A DNA stretch of 64,000 nucleotides from Paraspadella gotoi. Its lineage: Eukaryota; Animalia; Chaetognatha. Shown here one piece after another: positions 55,701-64,000 of the stretch. The first letter of the stretch is position 1, and each line of letters begins with the position of its first letter. A model generated the notes under the pieces. The model worked only from the letters and a program-made list of their open reading frames with translations, did no database searches and had not been told where the DNA came from. Position numbers and translations under genes: made by a program. Where the stretch lies: NCBI GenBank assembly GCA_051294375.1, contig CM119267.1, forward strand, positions 937,601 through 1,001,600, given 5' to 3'.

Positions 55701-57978
55701 ATGTCGCTCTTGCCACGTGTCTCAGAGGGAAGGGAATTTTGATGCATCAAAATCAGACGAGGGTCTTTTCCCGAAAGAAGTGTTGAAGGATTTAATTAAA
55801 AAACATTTTTGTCAAGAAGGTGATTGTTTAGTCAAGGACGTTGTTATCCGCGCCGTTTTTTCCCAGTTCTTTTCTCTCGGTCTTATTTTTCCCGTCGCGA
55901 AACCCGCGGGTTCAGATTCGGACGATTGGTACCAAATCATTTGGACCCGAACTCCTGGGCTCAAGGAAGGTTCGATCCATTGGTCCAATCCGTACCCGGC
56001 GGGCGAAGACGAACTAGCGTTCTTGATTACGCTTCAAGGGCGTCCAACTGATTATGAGTTCATGCTCTCGCTTTTGAGCAACCAAATATATCAGTTCTGC
56101 GATGAAAAAACAATTAAAAAATCTCGAAATAAAGTTTACGCGGAGGCGAAAGATTTAAAGGTGCTGTTGACATCCGGGGATAAGTCTGACTTGTATGGCA
56201 TCCTCGTTCAAGTCAGAGGGCGAAAAGAAAACGCCCAAGAAAATCTTCTGTCGAGAATCTGGATTCTTCTCGGCGCCTTGCGTGAATCCGTTTCTCACCT
56301 TCACAGAAAATTCTTGCCTGACGTTCGCTTCGAAAACCAATTAGTTTGTCCACGGTCGATTTCTGATGACGTTCTCTCACTTCGGTTCCACAAAGTTAAT
56401 CAACCTCTTTTTTCCAAATCATTTTCCGAATCTGTCGATTGCAAGAATTGCGGCAAAGTTCCCTCCGAGCGGTTGAGGCCGAACGGCTTAACGAACCCTA
56501 TCGAGTTACTGCGTTCATCGAATTTGGGAAGCGTTGGCGGCGCGTTTGGTAAGGGCAAAAAAAAGGCAAGAAAGCTGATTAAGTGTAAAAGCGTTGAAGC
56601 GGAGGTCGTGCCAGACCCTGACAATAACATTGATTCAAAAAAAGTTAATCAAAGAGGCAGACAACCGGGGAAGCTAAAACGGAAAGCAGCAGACAAGTCA
56701 TTGTGCGAGTCTGAGTTGAATAGTAAAAGTACAAAGGAAACACAGATTGTGAAAAATGTTGAAGGTGAAGATTTTTTAGAAGATTCAGAGACGGATTCTG
56801 AGGTTGATGAGTGCGATTCAATGATTGATTCTGAGAAAGTTTCGATCATTAAATCGTCGATTGATTCTGAGCAAGAATCGGCCACCGATTCCGCCTTTTA
56901 TTCTTCCTGTGATTCCTTCCCGTTTGAAGAACGGGAGGAGGTTTCTGAGACTTCTCATTCACGAATCGGTTTTAGTCATTGTGAAAATTCAAATATCAAT
57001 GCAGGCGCGTTTTCCTTGGACTCTCCATTTTCTTCGCACACCGACCGAGAATACGAAGAAGTAATGGGCAAAAAAATCACAATGAGAGAAATCGCGTTTA
57101 TCGCCAAATACAAAGATTCCGTGGGTTGTATCGGAATTCGTAAAGATTTCGAGCCTTGGGCAACTTGTTTTATTGTCGACAAGTTTTCTGACAATAAATT
57201 GCGCGTCCGGACGGCAATGCATGCTGTTGTGCTGATTTGTCTTGCAGTCGACGACAATTTTACCGAAGAACAAATATACGATTCTTCTCTTTTATGCCGT
57301 TTGTTGAAACGCGCCCAGTGTCGCGTGGATTTTAGCTACGAGACTAAAGACGTCGTCAATCCAACTTTTGCCGTCGACGACGTCCTTCCGGCAAGTGAGG
57401 GAATCATTTCACCCGAGGATGAGTTAGACTCGATCGATCTTATCTTGTCTCCGATCGAAGGACGCGGTCCTGTCGACATTTCTTACTTTCCTGATTTGAG
57501 ACACTTGATGAATCAACCCGAATCTCTTGCCGGGCGTTTCGTCTTAATTGGCCATTGCGGTGGCGCCGAAAAATCTGGAGAAATCATAGAACCTCGTGAG
57601 GAAGTGAAACCTTTGATCGCCGAGAAACTCATGAGAGATCGACCGATGCCGGATCCATGGTTTTCTTTTAAAGACGCCAGGGTGCGGGTCCAGCAGTGCA
57701 TCAAGTCCGTCTTAACTGCGTCGGACAAATACAGAGAACTCGTCGATCGTTTCGATGTTTACTCGTTAAAACCGGTCGAAGTTTATATGCTGTTTGACCA
57801 ACGACGTTTCTTGGTCGAAGCTTTTTCTCGCAAGGGGGCTAGTGGAGCACCCTTGTTCGCGTTCGAAGTTGGGGCGGGCGCTTTCCGATTGGCGGGGATG
57901 TACGTGAGAGGCATTCCCGAGACGGTCGTTGGCAACATGGTCACAGTTCAGCAATTTGTCAAAGTTAATGTCATTTAA
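52797..57978 (+). CDS. ~1400-aa protein: ING-type PHD finger + death-fold-like + COR-like + FAM111-like trypsin serine protease (exons 52797-52893?, 53625-53811, 53919-53999, 54083-54606, 54677-57978)
   Basis: PHD [40 protein letters not shown]; splice phases join in frame; protease motifs SVG..ATCF, TAMH, ELDS, IGH.GG.K, GASGAPLF..LAGMY. Confidence 0.75.
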
Positions 57979-58167
57979 ATCATTGTTGAATGCTTCATGT
58001 TGAATTTTAGTTTTAAAAAAATTTATTCGTGCTTATTTGGCTTTTTTGTCTGTTATACAAAATACAATTTTTATATTTTAATTTTTATTTGAATTTTATT
58101 ATTGCTTTTATAAATGATATATATTTATAGATCTCATGTTTTAATACTGATAAATTTATAAAGTACC

Positions 58168-60528
58168 ATGACTCAAACCGCTTCACCTCTCCTTATCCTC
58201 TTCCTGCTCTGGATCTCTTCCGCCTTCGGAGATGAGACTCCCAACTACAAAGATCCTCCACGCGATTCTCCTCACATCTTCTTCGCTGAGCCTTTCGTCT
58301 CCACCGAGTCTCTCCATCCTTTCGTCGCCTCCACCGCCTCCAAGGAAGGCGTAGACAAAGAGATCGCTCAGTACGATGGACGGTGGGAGGTGGCGCCCGA
58401 CCCAACGGGTCTCGAGGGCGACCTTGCCCTCGTCATGAAGGACAAGGCCAAGCATCACGCCGTCGCCGCCAAGCTGCGCAAGACCTTCAAGCCGGGAAGC
58501 CGTCCGCTCGTTTTTCAGTACGAAGTCAAGTTCAGGACGGACAACCCTTGCGGCGGCGCCTACGTCAAGCTGCTCTCTCGCGCCGACGACGTTGACTTTT
58601 CCAAGTTTAACGACAAGACTCCGTACACGCTCATGTTCGGACCCGACAGGTGCGGCACCCGCGAGACGCTGCATCTCATTCTGCGCCACGTGCATCCGAT
58701 CTCGGGCATCGTGGAAGAGAAACACGCCAATCAGCCCAAAGGCTTCGGCAAAGAGTTTTTCGAAAAGGGAAAGACGCGACTCTATCGTCTCGTCATATAC
58801 CCTGACTCCGCCTTCGAAATCTCCGTCGATCGCAAAGTTGTCTCAAAGGGTCATCTTCTCTCGGACATGACGCCTCCGCTCGTCCCCGAAGAGATCATCG
58901 ATGACCCCGACGCCTCAAAACCAGAGGATTGGGACGATCGCGCCACCATCCCCGATCCCGACGCCGTCAAACCCGAGGATTGGGACGAGGACGCCCCCAA
59001 AAGGATCGTCGACGAATCTGCTGAGAAACCCGAAGGCTGGTTGGATCACCAGCGACCCATGATTCCCGATCGACGAGCGGAACGTCCTGCGGATTGGGAC
59101 GACGAGATGGATGGACAGTGGGAGGCGCCTTTGATAGAAAACCCAATCTGCCAGGGGGCGCCAGGATGTGGAGAGTGGAATCCCCCCACCATCGAGAACC
59201 CCGCCTACAAGGGCAAGTGGAGACCGCCGTTGGTCGCTAATCCCGCCTACAAGGGAGTCTGGAAGCCGCGGAAGATCGCCAACCCTGCCTACTTCGAGGA
59301 ACTGAACCCTTTCGAGCGGATGACCCCCATCGACGCAGTGGGACTCGAATTGTGGTCTATGAGCGAAAACGTCGCCTTCGACAATTTCATCCTCGCTAAC
59401 GACGTCGGAGTCGTGGACGAATGGACCGAGACCACGTGGACTGTCAAGGCCGTCAAGGAAGGCTCCCTCGCTCCCTCTGGACCCACATTTCTCCACAAGC
59501 TTTTCGACGCGGCCAACGAGAGGCCATGGCTTTGGGTCGTCTATCTCCTCGGGGTCTTGATCCCTATTTGCGTCATGACGATGATCTTTTGTCCAGTGAA
59601 GAAGGAGACCGGGACCGAGGGGGAGCAGAAGGTGAGAGGAAGATTGGGGGGTTGGTGTGGCGGGATGTGAGTGGATGTTTGTGCAAAGGTTATTAAGGAA
59701 GGAGTGATGTGTGAAGAAGAGGAAGAGACAGGTTTTTGGAAATGATTTTGGGAAATTGGACAGGATAGGCTGTCATAAAACCTGCTGTGTTGTTGGTTAC
59801 AAGTTACAAATGAGATAAGTTGTTAGTTTCAGATATCCTTCCAAATTTTGAGTCCAAGAGGTTATACCATCTTGGAAAATGTATAATTCGCCAAAACTTG
59901 GGAGTAACCTTTAACCCGTTTAATATCAAAATCGCAGGGGGAAAATGATATATTTGAAAAATTTAACTTTTTGTGATTTGAATGAACTTTTGTTCGGTAA
60001 AATGTGATTAAAAACAAGTGTGAGGTTCAAATGAATAGAAGGATGTAAAGAAAAATCTGTCATTTGTTTACTACAATGATTAATAACGATAAAAATATTA
60101 CTTCCTTTTAATATTTACGCAATTCATTTCAAATTGAAATAACTCTGTCCTTAAAATAACAGGCTCACTACGACGCTCTCCCGACTGATCCTCTTTTAAA
60201 GAAGGAGGATGAAGAGGAGGAAGAGAAGACGAAGGAAGAGGCGGCGATGAGGAAGAAGACGGACGAACCATCGCCCGATGTCGTTGAGGAAGATAAGGAC
60301 GAGGAAGAACCCGTTCGACGATCCACTCCGGTCAAGTCGAAGGCGCGACTCCGCGATGCTGCGGCGCCGACAGCCAATGGTGTCGTAGGCGGCGGAGATG
60401 CTGAGGCTGTGGCGGCGGCCGAGGCGGAAGCGGCGACGAAAGCGGCGCTTAACGGATTTTTTGACGAGGACGAAATTTTGAGAAGATCTCCGAGGTTGAG
60501 GAGCAAAGTGCGGGCGAGGAGAGAGTGA
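58168..60528 (+). CDS. CANX: Calnexin, 2 exons (58168-59631, 60163-60528)
   Basis: Signal peptide; CGGAYVKLL; PYTLMFGPDRCG; KPEDWD P-domain repeats; ERPWLWVVY TM; acidic tail ending RRSPRLRSKVRARRE. Confidence 0.97.
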
Positions 60529-60571
60529 ATGAGAGTTAGTGAGACAGCGAGGAGTCAGAAAGTGAAGAGAC

Positions 60572-60574
<3 letters not shown>

Positions 60575-60624
<50 letters not shown>
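60575..60624. repeat. (GA)n microsatellite in the calnexin 3' region
   Basis: Direct reading. Confidence 0.9.
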
Positions 60625-60628
<4 letters not shown>

Positions 60629-61146
60629 TGTTAGACTGACGAAATTTTGCAGATTGTTTATGATGTGGATAAAATTCTTTCTGAATTTAATTTGAACTTT
60701 TATTTTGTCTTCGTTCGCGGAAGAAATCCGAGATCTCACCTTTAAAGCAATTATTTCCGTGTCGTCGTTAAGTTTTAGTTTTAATTTTGTTACTATTCAT
60801 ACTTTTACGGCGAATGATATTTTTTAACTTTTCGTTTTTGCCAAAATGAATCTCCAAAAAAATTTGCTTGATAGTTTGTACCAAATATTACCCACTTTTT
60901 AATTTTATCATTGATTTCTTTTGTGATTTTAGTTCTTCTTTTTTTACCTAAAATTGAACTACATTTTGGTTCGCATTTTTTTATATTTTCGACTAAGCAT
61001 TGTTAGCGATTATAAGTTTACACATTGTTTTAAAATAGCGAGAATAATAATAAAAATCATTTTTCAGCTTTGCTACATTCTACGTACATATTCTTTTCTT
61101 ATTCTTTTTATATTACATTCGTTTTCCTATTTTGTTACAACGACTA

Positions 61147-61838
61147 CAGAAGGCCTCATATTATAAAATGTGGTACCCCTTTTTTGTGACCAGAATCTGT
61201 TGCCACCAACCTACCCGATCGAATTTAATGAATTTTTATCGAGGCGAATTTTGATATTCAACCCCTGACAAGAGATACAGGGCCCTGGGGGTGGACCCCT
61301 GGGGGGCCAAAAAAACCTAAAAATTTGTTTTCATTTTTTGAAATTTTTTTGTAGCATCAGGTGCATTGACGTTTGAAACATAAGAAAAAAACATTTTAGA
61401 ACTAAAATTGATAAATTTGCAATAATTAAGCATGGTTGAAGATGCATTGTTCATCGTTTTACTTCCAATTTTCCCAAATTATTCCAAATCTGACTTTAAC
61501 TGCTGATGTTCATGAAGCTAAAAATTAAGGTAAATGAATATTTTTGAGGTAATAAATATGTTTTTGTAGAAGAGTAAACGTCTGTGCAACTGTTCAAAAC
61601 AAAAATAATAAAAAAATTTTTTAAAAATTTTAAAAATATTTTTGACCATTTTTTGCCCCTATGGGTGACCCATATCTCGGCTCAGCGGTCAAATATTGAA
61701 ATTCGCCTCGATAGTTTTATTAGTATTCACATAGGGATCGTTCATTCCAAATTTCAATAAATTTGGTCCAGTAGTTTTCTCGGAACGAGTTCTGGTCACA
61801 AAAAAGGGGTACCACATTTTATAATATGAAGCCTTCTG
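61147..61838. mobile_element. Tc1/mariner-type MITE, ~48-bp TIRs, TA target duplication
   Basis: TA|cagaaggcctcatattataaaatgtggtaccccttttttgtgaccagaa ... ttctggtcacaaaaaaggggtaccacattttataatatgaagccttctg|TA; a related fragment gatattcaacccctga lies at ~15911. Confidence 0.9.
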
Positions 61839-61905
61839 TAATTTCTCCCTCGATTGTACAGGTTAAAAGTTAACAATGAATGAGACTTAAAGTAAAAAGG
61901 TAAAA

Positions 61906-63236
61906 ATGAATCGAAGAACAATCACCGCGACCCAAGCGGAACTCCTCTGCAAAAACGGGTGCGGCTTCTACGGAAATCCCTCTTGGGAGGGATATTGCTC
62001 AAAGTGCTGGAAGGAGAGGGACTCTTCCGTCGCCGCCGCCGCCGCCTCCAACATCCGCAAGTTGGCCAACCACGCCCAACAGCTACACAGCGCCGCTAAA
62101 AAGCAAGGTGGGTTGGAAGGCATTGCACTGGTGGGGATTGTTCAACCAATTTCCACAGGAAAATAGAGCATAATCAGAGATCCCACAGCCCACAGCCAGG
62201 TTGCCTGTGATACCCATTGGTAGGGGTTAGGGGCTTCCGACCCTCAGTGACGCCTCCTGTCATTGGCGCGGTTACCCTAGGACGGTCTCTCTTTGCCAAC
62301 ACAGAGGGAAGTCGTGAGCACTGTGGAAGGAAGTGTGGATGGAACGCAACGCTTGGGATGGTGCGTTCCCCCTCTGAGCCAATGGTATTGGCTGAACGAT
62401 GATGGATGTGAGGCAGTGTGAATATACCGCCACACTCGCATCTTTCACGTTTGAGAAAACGTAGTCACCTGATCAAGTTCTATTTTTAGATTCGACGAAA
62501 CCGAAAAACGAAGGTTCGAAAATGGGATTCGAGTTCGATCGATTTGAAAGGAGAAGAGGACAGAAGGAAGAGAGGAAGACCAAAGCCGTCAAATCAATTT
62601 TTAAAGTGAAGACGATTTAATCGAGTTAATAATTAGTTTTAATTCTCTTTAATTAATTTTTTTGTTTGTTTTAGGTTCCGAAGCCGAAGCGGTTAACTTC
62701 TCCCAAAAGCGCTCCCGTTCCTTCCAAACCGCAGGGAGAAAGTCAACAGGTGACGACAGCTTTGACTTTCAAGGCTTCTCTTTCGTCCACGGACAATGGA
62801 CATGTCGTGATAAGTTTTGATTTTTTGCCAAGGCGTCGTATTTAGTATCTCGTCTATTACTGTTTTAGCGGATAGGGTAAGAGGGGTCTTTCTTATAATA
62901 GTATCTCCTTTCTAGGTTGGCGGGGAATTCGCCGAGTTCCTCCGCGTGGAAATGGAGAAGAAGGCGGCGCTGGACGTGTCCAAACAAGTCCGCGCCTTCA
63001 TCGACAAGTTCGTCGCGAGGGTGGAAGCCACCGTCTCCGAACAATCAGAGATGGTGCAGGACTTTTACGCCGAGTTCCAGGATCGACTCGCCGCCAATCC
63101 TGTCTACAGGAGCGTCTCGGAGGAAAAGGCGGAGCGACTCCTCGATTTCTTAGAAAAGTATCTCATGACGAGACTCTATCGGATCGCCTTCAACAATCCC
63201 CTCGCCGACGACGAGGCCAAGGACTTGAAGTTGCAG
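61906..63236 (+). CDS. RABGEF1: Rab5 GEF Rabex-5, 5' part (continues past the window end)
   Basis: A20 zinc finger LLCKNGCGFYGNPSWEGYCSKCW; SEQSEMVQDFY; LLDFLEKYLMTRLYRIAF..DDEAKDLKLQ. Confidence 0.92.
62198..62430 (+). mobile_element. GC-rich SINE-like dispersed repeat, copy 2 (RABGEF1 intron 1)
   Basis: Matches the reverse complement of 34645-34866. Confidence 0.75.
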
Positions 63237-63246
63237 GTGAGAGAGA

Positions 63247-63282
63247 GAATGAATGAATGAATGAATGAATGAATGAATGAAT
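63247..63282. repeat. (GAAT)n microsatellite
   Basis: Direct reading. Confidence 0.9.
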
Positions 63283-64000
63283 ATGTGGATACTGGATACG
63301 GTCATGGGCACACACTCCGCCGCCTATACCACCTTATAATCGTCGTACAAAAGTAAAATTAGAAATACTCAATAATTAAAATCAGGTTACTGTAAACAGA
63401 TTTTGGAGAATTAGGGTTTCACAACAAATTCCACAACTGTACAACTATCATAAAACGAAAATAGATACGGTTTTCAATAGAGAATTAAAAAAAATTAACA
63501 AAAAAAGTGAATGCGAACAATAAACTAAGAGAGAGAAAGAGAGAGAGAGAGAGAATATGAACTGATTGATTGATTGAGATCGAGCAGGACTGATAGTTCT
63601 GATTTTTTTTTGGTTCTGCTGTATTATTTTATTGTTAAAACGAAATTTATATGTATATTTGCTTCTTCTTTATCTCTAATATTTCTATACATTTTATATT
63701 CTTTCCCCCAAAATAAAAAATAAATAAAGAATCGAAAATTTTGTTCGATCTTCGTCGTTTTACCCTCGATTTTCCATTTACCACCGAAATTCTCTCAATC
63801 GCAAAAGAAAAAAGGAAAAAGAAAAAAAGAAAAAGAAAAGATGCCTTTTCACATGGGTCTATTGATCGACGTGAAAGTGACGCGAAATCCGGTTCACCTC
63901 CTCGGCGTCCTCAACGTGGCCAACGGACGAGAGGCCGTCACGTGGGACATCAGCTCGGGTCCGTTTTTTGCTCCGATGATCGAAATCCGATTCCTTAACG

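Overview
Gene-dense DNA from a compact-genome eukaryote, most likely an invertebrate animal (spliceosomal introns, GC/CpG-rich exons, AT-rich introns; taxon not determinable from sequence alone). All 11 genes in 2.0-36.3 kb are on the minus strand (TMEM209, RRM1, RAN, RIOK3, FAU, a C2H2 zinc-finger gene, MCM9, BORCS6, ACTL6A, SIVA1, an orphan). All 7 genes in 38.4-64 kb are on the plus strand (an arrestin-domain gene, GPATCH4, RPL23A, PSMB5, an unusual PHD/FAM111-like protease gene, calnexin, RABGEF1). Most stop-to-start spacers are only 70-400 bp, which suggests operons resolved by trans-splicing. The best novelty candidates are: (1) a ~1400-aa protein joining an ING-type PHD finger, a death-fold-like segment, a COR-like segment and a FAM111-like trypsin protease with an intact triad; (2) the operon-like layout; (3) an intronic C/D-box RNA in FAU whose guide predicts U2 snRNA Cm40; (4) Penelope-type minimal hammerhead ribozymes in inverted repeats; (5) tandem repeats that multiply splice donors, and many GTT-type donors. 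Several MITE/HINE elements and a gap-flanked ~4 kb duplication (possibly an assembly artefact) are also present. All homology calls come from recalled motifs, not database searches; exon boundaries were read by eye.
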